From Staphylococcus phage vB_Sau_S24, in the sequence record KY794643.1: 64,000 nucleotides of DNA; one strand, given 5' to 3'. The notes beneath the pieces were generated by a model. It was not told the origin of the DNA. It did not search any database and worked only from the letters and a program-made list of their open reading frames with translations. The translations under genes were made by a program, and so were the position numbers. Within the stretch, counting starts at the first letter, position 1. The number at the start of each line of letters is the position of its first letter. Shown piece after piece: positions 1 through 9,112 of this stretch.

Positions 1-1818
1 ATGGATGGAAAAGAACTAATTAAGATAGCACAAGAAACATTTCAAACAGAAAAAATAACAAGAGAACAGGTAGACCATATAATCAATATGTTAAACCCTT
101 CTACCTATATGCTTAAGTATCACACGTTAAGAGGTCACCCTATAACTTTCAGTATTCCTAAGAGGGATAGAAGTAAAGCACAGGCTCATAGACCGTGGCA
201 AGTCCGTATAGTAAATGATACACACCCAAATAAAGCAGTTATTAAAAGCAGACAATTAGGGCTTTCAGAAATGTCTGTAATGGAAATGGTTCATTTTGCA
301 GATATGTATAGTTATAAATCACCTAAATGTCTTTACACCTTCCCGACCAACGAGCAGATGAAAAAATTTGTTCAATCTAGGTTAAATCCTGTATTAGAGA
401 AGAGATATTTTACTGATATAGTTAATTGGGATAAAGATTCTTTAGGGTATAAACAGATAAGAAACTCTAGTTTATTCTTTAGAACAAGTAGTAAACCAGG
501 AACAGTAGAGGGTGTAGATATAGATTTTCTTGCAATGGATGAATATGAAAGGGTAAATAGCCTTGCTGAGTCTTCTGCACTAGAGTCTATGTCAAGTTCT
601 ACATTCCAAATAGTACGTAGGTTCTCAACACCTTCAGCACCTGGAATTGGTATTCATAAACTTTACCAACAATCTGACCAATGGTATTATGCACATGTTT
701 GTCAACATTGTGATTATCATAATGAGATGAAATATGCACCATATGATGAGAATAATTTGATTGAAAGTGGTAATTTATTATTAGTTAATCCTGATGGTAT
801 AGATGAAACAGCAAAAACAGTTCAAGATGGTACTTATCAATATGTATGTCAAAAATGTGGTAAACCTTTAGATAGATGGTATAATGGGGTATGGGAATGT
901 CGTTACCCTGATAGAACCAAAAATAACTCAGGTATTAGAGGTTACTATATATCTCAAATGAACGCTGTATGGATTTCTGCAGACCAACTTGTTGAAAAAG
1001 AAATGAACACAGAATCAAAACAAGCCTTTTATAACTATTCATTGGGGATGCCTTTTGAAGATGTTAAAATGCGTGTTTTAGAAGAAGATGTCTTTGACAA
1101 TAAATCACCTATCGCAGAAAAACAATTAATGAGACGAGACAGATATACACATATTTCCGTAGGTATAGATTGGGGTAATACTCATTGGATTTCTATTCAT
1201 GGAGTTTTACCTGACGGTAAAAAAGATTTAATTAGATTATTTTCTGTTAAGAAAATGTCTAGACCTGATATGGTTGAAGCAGATTTAGAAAAAATCATTT
1301 GGGAGATATCTAAGTACGACCCTGATATTATAATTGCAGATAATGGTGACTCAGGTAATAATGTTTTAAAACTCATTAATCATTTTGGGGAAGACAAAGT
1401 TTTTGGATGTACTTATAAATCTTCTCCTAAATCAACAGGACAGTTAAGACCTGAATTTAATGAAAATAAAAATACGGTTACAGTAGATAAATTAATGCAG
1501 AACAAATTATATATTCAAGGTTTAAAAACTAAGAATATTAGAATGTACCGAGAAGTAGACGATGATTTAAGAACTTTCTTAAAACATTGGCAAAATGTAT
1601 TAATTATGGATGAAGAAGATGAGAAAACAGAAGAAATGAGACAGGTAATTAAACGTAAAGGTGACGACCACTGGGCTCAAGCATCTGTATACTCCAATAT
1701 AGGATTAACAAGAATACAAGAACTTCTTAAAGAAGGAAACGGTACAAGCTTTGGTTCTACATTTGTTTCCACTGATTACAATCAAGAAGGAAATAAACAA
1801 TTCTACTTTGATGAATAG
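1..1818 (+). CDS. terL: terminase large subunit (may be truncated at the 5' window edge)
   Basis: 605-aa ORF. Terminase-type Walker A-like segment VIKSRQLGLSE, acidic ATPase motifs (DIDFLAMDEYE), C-terminal nuclease-like region. It immediately precedes the portal module. The ATG at position 1 may be internal. Confidence 0.75.
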   Translation: MDGKELIKIAQETFQTEKITREQVDHIINMLNPSTYMLKYHTLRGHPITFSIPKRDRSKAQAHRPWQVRIVNDTHPNKAVIKSRQLGLSEMSVMEMVHFADMYSYKSPKCLYTFPTNEQMKKFVQSRLNPVLEKRYFTDIVNWDKDSLGYKQIRNSSLFFRTSSKPGTVEGVDIDFLAMDEYERVNSLAESSALESMSSSTFQIVRRFSTPSAPGIGIHKLYQQSDQWYYAHVCQHCDYHNEMKYAPYDENNLIESGNLLLVNPDGIDETAKTVQDGTYQYVCQKCGKPLDRWYNGVWECRYPDRTKNNSGIRGYYISQMNAVWISADQLVEKEMNTESKQAFYNYSLGMPFEDVKMRVLEEDVFDNKSPIAEKQLMRRDRYTHISVGIDWGNTHWISIHGVLPDGKKDLIRLFSVKKMSRPDMVEADLEKIIWEISKYDPDIIIADNGDSGNNVLKLINHFGEDKVFGCTYKSSPKSTGQLRPEFNENKNTVTVDKLMQNKLYIQGLKTKNIRMYREVDDDLRTFLKHWQNVLIMDEEDEKTEEMRQVIKRKGDDHWAQASVYSNIGLTRIQELLKEGNGTSFGSTFVSTDYNQEGNKQFYFDE

Positions 1819-2632
1819 AGGTGAAATAGACTTGACAAATAAATTATTTTATGGTACAATTAGTAATGAAGAAATTAATAAAAGTGTATTGAATTTGTTA
1901 TTGGGTGAGGAATTATCTTTAGACTATGTTTCTAAAAATAGTGATTCCTTAGATGTTAAATACGAACATGTTTATAAATCTCTAGGATTCGATAATTTCT
2001 TTGATTGTTTTTTATATGCTAACAGAGAACCTGAAATAGTCCATAAAGGTGGAGATAAAAATCTTGGTGGACTAAATAAGGTTAAACGTACTGTTATTCG
2101 TAATGGTAAAGAAATGGAAATGACAGTTTACGAAGACGGTAATAAAGATAATGATAGTAATGAAAAACAAGAAGGAAAAGAAGAAGTTAGTAGAAGTGCA
2201 GTAGGAGCAAGAGCTATTTCGAATGGTGAAGAAGGAAAGGTAAACCCTAAAAAGGTAGCAAATTCATTATCTAGCTTAAGTAAAAAAGGTGTCGATGTAT
2301 CACATGTTAGCACAAACTCATCATTGTACAAAGAGTTTGTTGATGATAATGGAGATACGTTAGGAATTACATCTTTTAAAAGAACTGAAAATGATATAAT
2401 CTTAGACTCTTATGCAAGCTCACCTGATTCAGACGGTGTAGGAGCAAGAGCTATTATGGAATTATTACGTTTAAGTATTAAGGAAAATAAAAATGCAGTT
2501 GTGTATGACATAGAATTGCCCGAAGCTATAGAGTATTTAAAAACTTTAGGATTTAAACCTAATAAAGATGGATACATCTTAAGAAAAAAAGATGTAAAAC
2601 AATTCTTAGGTGATTATAGTGATTTTATTTAG
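1811..2632 (+). CDS. hypothetical protein with a duplicated VGARAI motif and a possible GNAT-like C-terminus
   Basis: Frame-2 ORF. The ATG at 1811 overlaps the terL stop by 8 nt (the track starts at 1751 inside terL). An 18-nt direct repeat at 2207-2224 and 2438-2455 encodes VGARAI twice. The C-terminal segment GVGARAIMELL...YLKTLGF resembles GNAT motifs A and B; I did not check this. Confidence 0.5.
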   Translation: MNRGEIDLTNKLFYGTISNEEINKSVLNLLLGEELSLDYVSKNSDSLDVKYEHVYKSLGFDNFFDCFLYANREPEIVHKGGDKNLGGLNKVKRTVIRNGKEMEMTVYEDGNKDNDSNEKQEGKEEVSRSAVGARAISNGEEGKVNPKKVANSLSSLSKKGVDVSHVSTNSSLYKEFVDDNGDTLGITSFKRTENDIILDSYASSPDSDGVGARAIMELLRLSIKENKNAVVYDIELPEAIEYLKTLGFKPNKDGYILRKKDVKQFLGDYSDFI

Positions 2633-2792
2633 CACTATAATCATCTATTCTATTGTATTCATACTATATATTATAATAAAATTACTTTATATAAAGTCTA
2701 ATATGAGTAGAATAGATAACACAACTGAATTATTAAAGATATTACAGGAAGATATTGAAGGTAAGATAAAAAAGGAAGGAAGAAATAAATGA
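2610..2792 (+). CDS. small hydrophobic ORF (doubtful)
   Basis: 60-aa ORF with an N-terminal hydrophobic stretch. It overlaps the previous stop and has no clear RBS. AT-rich sequence alone can produce this hydrophobic composition. Confidence 0.25.
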   Translation: MIIVILFSTIIIYSIVFILYIIIKLLYIKSNMSRIDNTTELLKILQEDIEGKIKKEGRNK

Positions 2793-3268
2793 CTTTAGAA
2801 GAAAATAATTTAACATTAGAAGAATCAATAACTCCACTTAGTAAAGAAGAGAAAGAAGATAGTATTAAAGAATTTAGTAGCTTATTATGTGAAATGGTAA
2901 ATAGGTTATACAAGTCTTATAACGTATTTAGACAAGACCCTATGGATGAAACACAACGACTAGATGGTTCCCTAATGGTCTTTCAAAGTAGATTAAATGA
3001 CCCATTAACAGGAGATTTACATGATAAGATGTATAAACTTGCTTTTTCAAAACGCATTGATATTTTTGAAGCTAACAAGCAATTCAGAAAAGATGTAGAA
3101 TTAGGTAAAGCAATTGAGCTAGGTGATGTAGCTATTATAGATACAGCATTAAGTAACATTCTCTCAGGTAACGAGTTCCAAGGAAGTATTTCTTTTATGC
3201 TTAGAAAAGACTTTGAAGAAAAAGAACAAATTAGAAAAGAAGAAGAAGAAAAACTTAATAACTTATAA
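2789..3268 (+). CDS. hypothetical protein
   Basis: 159-aa ORF packed tightly between + strand genes, with acidic/Lys-rich protein-like composition. Confidence 0.5.
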   Translation: MTLEENNLTLEESITPLSKEEKEDSIKEFSSLLCEMVNRLYKSYNVFRQDPMDETQRLDGSLMVFQSRLNDPLTGDLHDKMYKLAFSKRIDIFEANKQFRKDVELGKAIELGDVAIIDTALSNILSGNEFQGSISFMLRKDFEEKEQIRKEEEEKLNNL

Positions 3269-3309
3269 AAAGGAAGAATTGTGAGACTATATAAAAAGAG
3301 GTATCATAA

Positions 3310-4545
3310 TTGAAAAAGAAACCACAAGGCAATGAGATAATCATAACCATAATTACGGTTATGATAGCAATATTTGTAGTCATCATGACCATCTTTTTTA
3401 ATAAATATCAAGATGCTAAGGAAGATAAAGACAGATATCAGAGAATAGTTGAGATTTATAAAAAAGCAGATGATAATAATGGTGAGACTAAAAAGAAATA
3501 TGTAAAAAGATTAAATGAAGCTGAAGAAGAGCTTAGGAAAGTTAAAAAAGAAACAAATTATAAGGGTTATAACGAGAAGTCAAACAAAGAAAGACAAAAA
3601 GAAGATAAAAAAACTAGAGATAAAATATATGATGTAACTGGTGACGATGACTTAATATTAGTAAAAAATAATATTGAGTTTAGTGATAAAGTAGACAATC
3701 CTGAAATACTTATTAGTGAAGATGGGGTTGGTACGATAACTGTTCCTACAGACAGTGGTTATGAAAAACAAACAGTAGGTTCTATTATTACTAGTGTATT
3801 AGGTTCCCCTTATCTATCTCAGAATTCACCTAGTACAGATAGTTTAGGTATTATTGATAGTAATGTTTATCCAAACACAGCAAATAGTGTACCAATGGAT
3901 AACCCTATTATAACAAATCCAGTTAACCCAACTGCACCTTCAGATATATTACCCCCTACTGATAATCCGGTAGTTGATAATGTACCAACGGATAATCCTG
4001 TTATAACAAATCCAGTTGAACCTGACACACCTTCAGATATATTACCTCCTACTGATAATCCTTCAGTTCCTATATTACCTGGAAATACTGAAGACAATAA
4101 CGCAGGAAATATAGATAATCCAAATAATCCAAATCCACCACCCCCAGGATATACAGATGAAGACGGTGGTAGAGGTTCAGGTGGTGGAGGTAATGTTGAA
4201 CCTCCACCAACAGAAGAACCTTCAGATAATGGAGATACAGGAGACAATGAAGAAGAAGTAACTCCTGAACCTGAACCTGAACCTGAACCTGAACAACCTA
4301 ATGAAAAACCTGATGAAGGTAATGATAATGAAGAAGAACCTTCTGAACCATCAGAAAACCCTGATGAAAATGAGGCAGAGGAAACTGAACCATCTGAACC
4401 TGAAACACCATCTGAGCCGGACGATAAAGCGGACGAAGAGGATACAAATGAAGGTACATCAGAGGATGGTCAGACTACAGAACAACCGGAAGAACAACCG
4501 GACGATAATACTACAGATAATGAAGATAAAATTGAAGAGGAGTAA
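3310..4545 (+). CDS. membrane-anchored proline-rich repeat protein with an acidic C-terminus
   Basis: TTG start after the RBS aagagg. N-terminal TM helix IIITIITVMIAIFVVIMTIFF, then two tandem ~32-aa repeats (DNPIITNPV.PTAPSDILPPTDNP), a (CCTGAA)5 run giving PEPEPEPEPE, and a D/E-rich tail. A terminator hairpin contains the stop codon. Confidence 0.55.
   Translation: MKKKPQGNEIIITIITVMIAIFVVIMTIFFNKYQDAKEDKDRYQRIVEIYKKADDNNGETKKKYVKRLNEAEEELRKVKKETNYKGYNEKSNKERQKEDKKTRDKIYDVTGDDDLILVKNNIEFSDKVDNPEILISEDGVGTITVPTDSGYEKQTVGSIITSVLGSPYLSQNSPSTDSLGIIDSNVYPNTANSVPMDNPIITNPVNPTAPSDILPPTDNPVVDNVPTDNPVITNPVEPDTPSDILPPTDNPSVPILPGNTEDNNAGNIDNPNNPNPPPPGYTDEDGGRGSGGGGNVEPPPTEEPSDNGDTGDNEEEVTPEPEPEPEPEQPNEKPDEGNDNEEEPSEPSENPDENEAEETEPSEPETPSEPDDKADEEDTNEGTSEDGQTTEQPEEQPDDNTTDNEDKIEEE
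3898..4075 (+). repeat. ~96-nt imperfect tandem duplication plus a (CCTGAA)5 microsatellite at 4264-4293
   Basis: Two copies of the ggataa(c/t)cct(a/g)ttataacaaatccagtt...gatatattacc.cctactgataatcc unit inside the 3310 ORF. Confidence 0.7.
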
Positions 4546-4593
4546 TTACTCCTCTTTTTTTGCTATATTAAATAAGAGATAAATATAAAAAAA

Positions 4594-4974
4594 TTGAACA
4601 TTACGGTGGTGAAAACTTTGGTAGGAATGAATGTTATAACGTCACTATCAGTGGTATTTACCTGTTTAAGTCTTTTAGCTTTAATGATTTTTGTTCACAG
4701 TAAGTTCTCTAGTAAAAACGTTTTTGTTTTGTATGTAATTTATGCTATAATAGGTATAGGCACATACATAGTTTTAACTATGTTTCAGACAACATCTGTA
4801 CTTATTAAAAATGATGTAATAGATTCCATAGAAAATACTGAACATTATATTGGATTTAATGACCCTATAATTATATTTACTATAAGTTTTATAGGTTCGA
4901 TACTTGGAGGAATATGGTACAAGATGATGAAAATTATTAAAAAGAGTAACTTTAAAAATAAAAAAAGACGGTGA
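4594..4974 (+). CDS. small integral membrane protein
   Basis: 126-aa ORF with 3-4 predicted TM segments and a basic C-terminus KKSNFKNKKRR. TTG start; the start codon is uncertain. Confidence 0.45.
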   Translation: MNITVVKTLVGMNVITSLSVVFTCLSLLALMIFVHSKFSSKNVFVLYVIYAIIGIGTYIVLTMFQTTSVLIKNDVIDSIENTEHYIGFNDPIIIFTISFIGSILGGIWYKMMKIIKKSNFKNKKRR

Positions 4975-5351
4975 ATAGGTTGATATTCTCTAAAGATAAA
5001 AAATGGGATGAAGCAAAAGATTTCATCAAAGGTCAAGGTATGCAAGATAATTGGATAGAGATTGTAGATTATTATAGACAGATAGGTGGAAAACACGTAG
5101 CTGTTTTTATTGCTTTAAACAAAGTAAAATATATGATTCTAGAAGCAACAAAAGACAATAAAGTAATATTAGTAGATAAAGATAATAATATACTATTAGA
5201 AGATTATGATATTGTTATGGAAAGTAAAAAGATGTTTTATTACATTGAAGAACCGTTCGAGGTTAAAATAAATATCCCTCAACATATTAGAGATGTAACT
5301 TATAATAACACTGTGGTATTAACTACAGTAAGAGGGAGTAGAGGTGACTAG
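4971..5351 (+). CDS. hypothetical protein
   Basis: 126-aa ORF that overlaps the upstream stop by 4 nt, consistent with coupled translation. Confidence 0.5.
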   Translation: MNRLIFSKDKKWDEAKDFIKGQGMQDNWIEIVDYYRQIGGKHVAVFIALNKVKYMILEATKDNKVILVDKDNNILLEDYDIVMESKKMFYYIEEPFEVKINIPQHIRDVTYNNTVVLTTVRGSRGD

Positions 5352-5354
5352 TAA

Positions 5355-7046
5355 TTGGCAGATTTATTTAAGCAATTCAGATTAGGTAAGGGTTACGGTA
5401 ATAACAGTACCATTGCTCAGGTTCCTATTGATGAAGGATTACAAGCTAACATTAAAAAAATAGAGCAAGACAATAAAGAATATCAAGACTTAACTAAGTC
5501 TTTATACGGACAACAGCAGGCTTATGCAGAGCCATTTATAGAAATGATGGATACTAATCCTGAGTTTAGAGATAAGAGAAGTTACATGAAGAATGAACAT
5601 AATTTACATGATGTTTTGAAAAAGTTTGGTAACAATCCTATTCTTAATGCTATCATACTTACACGTTCAAATCAAGTAGCAATGTATTGTCAACCTGCAA
5701 GATATTCAGAGAAAGGTTTAGGTTTTGAGGTAAGATTAAGAGACCTAGATGCAGAACCAGGTAGAAAAGAAAAAGAAGAAATGAAACGTATAGAAGACTT
5801 TATTGTTAATACCGGTAAGGATAAGGATGTAGATAGAGACTCGTTTCAAACTTTCTGTAAGAAAATTGTTAGAGATACTTATATCTATGACCAGGTTAAC
5901 TTTGAAAAAGTATTTAATAAGAACAATAAAACTAGATTAGAAAAATTCATAGCAGTAGACCCTTCTACTATTTTTTATGCAACAGATAAAAAAGGTAAAA
6001 TTATTAAGGGTGGTAAGAGGTTTGTTCAAGTAGTAGATAAAAGAGTAGTAGCTAGTTTTACGTCTAGAGAATTAGCTATGGGTATAAGAAACCCTAGAAC
6101 TGAGTTATCTTCTTCCGGATATGGATTATCAGAAGTAGAGATAGCTATGAAAGAATTTATTGCCTATAATAACACTGAATCATTTAATGATAGATTTTTC
6201 TCACATGGTGGTACTACTAGAGGTATTTTACAAATACGTTCAGACCAACAGCAATCACAACATGCATTAGAGAATTTTAAGCGTGAATGGAAATCAAGTT
6301 TATCAGGTATTAATGGTTCATGGCAAATTCCGGTGGTAATGGCAGACGATATTAAATTTGTTAATATGACACCAACTGCTAATGATATGCAATTCGAGAA
6401 ATGGTTAAACTATCTTATTAATATTATATCTGCTTTGTATGGTATTGACCCTGCAGAAATAGGTTTCCCTAATAGAGGAGGGGCTACAGGTTCTAAAGGT
6501 GGCTCTACTTTAAATGAGGCTGACCCAGGTAAAAAACAACAACAATCTCAAAATAAAGGTTTACAACCTTTACTTAGATTTATCGAAGATTTAGTTAATA
6601 GACATATAATATCTGAATATGGAGATAAATATACTTTCCAATTTGTTGGTGGAGATACTAAGAGTGCTACAGATAAGCTTAATATCCTTAAACTTGAAAC
6701 TCAAATATTCAAAACAGTAAACGAGGCTAGAAAAGAGCAAGGTGAGAAACCTATTGAAGGTGGAGACATTATTTTAGATGCTTCATTCTTACAAGCAACA
6801 GCTCAATTACAACAAGAGAAACAATATGATGACGGTAAGCAAAAAGAACGTTTACAAATGATGATGAGTTTACTAGAAGGAGATAATGATGATTCAGAAG
6901 AGAGTCAATCAGCAAATTCTAGTAATGATGATAAAGAAATAGGAACAGATGCTCAGGTAAAAGGTGACGATAATGTATATCGTACGCAAACTTCTAATAA
7001 AGGGCAAGGAAGAAAAGGAGAAAAATCTTCTGACTTCAAACATTAA
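5355..7046 (+). CDS. portal protein
   Basis: 563-aa ORF directly downstream of the terminase module and followed by the protease. Size, position and the acidic C-terminal tail are typical of myovirus portals. Probable TTG start. Confidence 0.75.
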   Translation: MADLFKQFRLGKGYGNNSTIAQVPIDEGLQANIKKIEQDNKEYQDLTKSLYGQQQAYAEPFIEMMDTNPEFRDKRSYMKNEHNLHDVLKKFGNNPILNAIILTRSNQVAMYCQPARYSEKGLGFEVRLRDLDAEPGRKEKEEMKRIEDFIVNTGKDKDVDRDSFQTFCKKIVRDTYIYDQVNFEKVFNKNNKTRLEKFIAVDPSTIFYATDKKGKIIKGGKRFVQVVDKRVVASFTSRELAMGIRNPRTELSSSGYGLSEVEIAMKEFIAYNNTESFNDRFFSHGGTTRGILQIRSDQQQSQHALENFKREWKSSLSGINGSWQIPVVMADDIKFVNMTPTANDMQFEKWLNYLINIISALYGIDPAEIGFPNRGGATGSKGGSTLNEADPGKKQQQSQNKGLQPLLRFIEDLVNRHIISEYGDKYTFQFVGGDTKSATDKLNILKLETQIFKTVNEARKEQGEKPIEGGDIILDASFLQATAQLQQEKQYDDGKQKERLQMMMSLLEGDNDDSEESQSANSSNDDKEIGTDAQVKGDDNVYRTQTSNKGQGRKGEKSSDFKH

Positions 7047-7051
7047 TTAAT

Positions 7052-7089
7052 AAGCCTAGAATAAATCTAGGCTTTATTTATTTTTTTTG
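7052..7089 (+). terminator. intrinsic terminator after the portal gene
   Basis: AAGCCTAG / CTAGGCTT 8-bp stem with loop aataaat, followed by TATTTATTTTTTTTG. Confidence 0.6.
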
Positions 7090-7099
7090 TAATTTAATT

Positions 7100-7128
7100 T
7101 TGATAAAGGTAATAACTATGGTATACTA
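7100..7128 (+). promoter_or_regulatory. sigma-A-type promoter with extended -10
   Basis: TTGATA, 17-nt spacer, then TGgTATACT. Confidence 0.55.
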
Positions 7129-7221
7129 TATGTAATTGATATTAATACATAAAAAATATTAATATTTCACTTACAAGTTATTATTGTTATATTATTAACG
7201 TAAAAGTAAATAAAATAACAA

Positions 7222-8004
7222 ATGGAGGTGCAACCACCTTTGGAAGAAATGCAATTTAAAGCTTTTATGAATGTAGATGTAGAGAAATCCACTACTGCAG
7301 AAAATAAAAGCAATATTATAATTAAAGGGATGGCATCCACTGGTTCTTTAGACTTAGGTAATGACATAGTAGACCCTAAGGGTATAGATATTAGTTATTT
7401 TGTTGACCATGGTTACATAAATGATAACCATGATAAGAATAAAATTATCGGATACCCAACTAAGAATTGTAGTGTTACTCCTGAAGGTCTTTATGTAGAA
7501 GCTGAGCTTTTTAGAGATAATGAAAATGTTCAGAAATATATGGAGCTTGCAGATAATTTAGAGAAATCTAACAGTGGTAGGAAAGTAGGAATGTCTATAG
7601 AAGGTTCTGTGAGAGCTAGAAATAGAAATGATAATAGAGTTATAGAATCTATCCTTATTACAGGATTAGCTTTGACTCCTAACCCTATGAATACTACAGC
7701 AACAATAGATACAGTAATTAAATCTTTCTTAACAGGTCATGGTACTTCACCTGACACCCAAGAAGATGCAGGGGCTTTAAGAAAAGAAGAGATAGCATCT
7801 AGCATTACAAACTTAGCATATGTTACTAAGATTAAAGATTTAAAAGAATTTAATGATGTATGGAATGGCGTTGTTGAGGATTTGAGTAAATCTAATAGTA
7901 TGGGATATGAGGAATCAGTCCTTACATTACAACTAGCTAAAGGTTTATCTCGTAAAGATGCAGAACTAGCAGTAATGGATATAAACAAACAAAAACTAGA
8001 ATAG
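7222..8004 (+). CDS. prohead maturation protease
   Basis: The N-terminal region (IKGMASTGSLDLGNDIVDPKGID...) resembles HK97-family prohead proteases. It lies between the portal and capsid genes. The C-terminus carries the motif SPDTQEDAGALRKEEI that is also found at the capsid N-terminus. Confidence 0.65.
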   Translation: MEVQPPLEEMQFKAFMNVDVEKSTTAENKSNIIIKGMASTGSLDLGNDIVDPKGIDISYFVDHGYINDNHDKNKIIGYPTKNCSVTPEGLYVEAELFRDNENVQKYMELADNLEKSNSGRKVGMSIEGSVRARNRNDNRVIESILITGLALTPNPMNTTATIDTVIKSFLTGHGTSPDTQEDAGALRKEEIASSITNLAYVTKIKDLKEFNDVWNGVVEDLSKSNSMGYEESVLTLQLAKGLSRKDAELAVMDINKQKLE

Positions 8005-8022
8005 GTAAGGAGAATACATTCT

Positions 8023-8997
8023 ATGAGTAAAGAAATGCAAAATATTTTAGAAGAGTATGACAAGTTAAATGCTCAAGAGGCAGTTTCGAAATCTGTAGAT
8101 GAAGATGAAAAAAATACAGTAGAAGCTACCGAAGAACAAGTAGCAGAAACAACTGAGGAGCCTGCTAAAGAACCTGAAAAGGTTACTGAAGAAGATGCTA
8201 AAGAAGCACAAGAGCAAGGTGAAAAAGTTGAATCTGAAGGAGAGTCTGAAGGTAAAGAAGATGAGGAAGTTGAGAAATCAGCTAAAGAGTCTAATGACCC
8301 TGTAGACCATAAAGACACTAAAACAGAAGATAAAGACAACAAGAAACGTAAGAATAAAAAAGATGATAAAGATTCTGATGAAGATAAAGATGAGGAAGAT
8401 AAGAAGGAAGATAAGAAGGAAGATAAGAAGGAAGATAAGAAGGAAAAAACTTCTAAATCAATTTCTGATGAAGATATCACAACAGTATTTAAATCTATCT
8501 TAACATCTTTTGAAAACTTAAACAAGGAAAAAGAAAACTTTGCTACTAAAGAAGATTTAAATGAAGTAAGTAAATCAATTGATGAGTTATCAGAAAAAAT
8601 CTCTAATATTAGTTCTGAAGATGTTTCTAAATCATTAGATACTGATGAAGCTAAAGATGAAGATGAAGCTGTGGAAAAATCAGTTACATCTACAAATGGA
8701 GAGCAAGAAAAAGTAGAAGGTTATGTTGCTAAGTCAGTAGATGCTGAAGAACAAGCTGAAACTGGAGAAGCAAAAACAGAAGAAGCTGAAGAAGTACAAG
8801 AAGATAACACATTCAAAGGTTTAAGTCAAGAAGAACGAACTAAGTTCATGGATTCTTATAAAGCACAAGCTAAAGACCCTAGAGCATCTAAGCATGATTT
8901 ACAATCAGCTTACCAATCTTACTTGAATATTAACACTGACCCTACTAATGCATCAGAGAAAGATATTAAAACTGTAAAAGACTTTGCACAAATTTAA
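8023..8997 (+). CDS. acidic coiled-coil protein, possibly a scaffolding-like protein
   Basis: 324-aa, very acidic and Lys-rich. A 12-nt tandem repeat x4 (8398-8445) encodes DKKEDKKEDKKEDKKE. Its position between protease and capsid fits a scaffold. Confidence 0.45.
   Translation: MSKEMQNILEEYDKLNAQEAVSKSVDEDEKNTVEATEEQVAETTEEPAKEPEKVTEEDAKEAQEQGEKVESEGESEGKEDEEVEKSAKESNDPVDHKDTKTEDKDNKKRKNKKDDKDSDEDKDEEDKKEDKKEDKKEDKKEKTSKSISDEDITTVFKSILTSFENLNKEKENFATKEDLNEVSKSIDELSEKISNISSEDVSKSLDTDEAKDEDEAVEKSVTSTNGEQEKVEGYVAKSVDAEEQAETGEAKTEEAEEVQEDNTFKGLSQEERTKFMDSYKAQAKDPRASKHDLQSAYQSYLNINTDPTNASEKDIKTVKDFAQI
8398..8445 (+). repeat. 12-nt tandem repeat x4 (GATAAGAAGGAA)
   Basis: Four perfect copies inside the 8023 ORF, encoding (DKKE)4. 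Confidence 0.8.
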
Positions 8998-9022
8998 TTA
9001 ACGCACAAAGTTGTGTTATATT
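8995..9022 (+). promoter_or_regulatory. candidate promoter for the capsid gene
   Basis: TTAATT, 16-nt spacer, then TGtTATATT. The -35 is weak and the extended -10 is good. Confidence 0.4.
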
Positions 9023-9112
9023 ATACGGTGTAACTAAAGAATATAAATAGGGTACATTTTACTGTACCCTACATAAAATAAAAAGAACACAAATGAAAGG
9101 TGATAAATTTAT

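Noticed and set aside
3867-4247. Minus-strand ORFs in the track. Examples: 2128-2331, 3867-4247, 8073-8525, 13794-14075, 22809-23330, 23343-23720, 39311-39664, 52146-52346.
   Set aside because: Each lies inside a longer, well-supported + strand gene. They arise from antisense reading of repeat-rich or low-complexity coding sequence (Pro/Ser/Gly-rich translations) and have no RBS or promoter context.
5338-5360. One-base mismatch between my hand count and the ORF-track coordinates at the 4971-5351 / 5355-7046 junction
   Set aside because: This is most likely my counting error over a long line. Both adjacent ORFs translate cleanly in the track, so I used the track coordinates and did not call a frameshift.
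7224-7251. Possible sequestration of the protease SD (GGAGGTG pairing with downstream CACCTTT), and an alternative start at 7249
   Set aside because: The pairing is only ~5 bp, the spacing to either ATG is non-optimal, and there is too little evidence for translational control.
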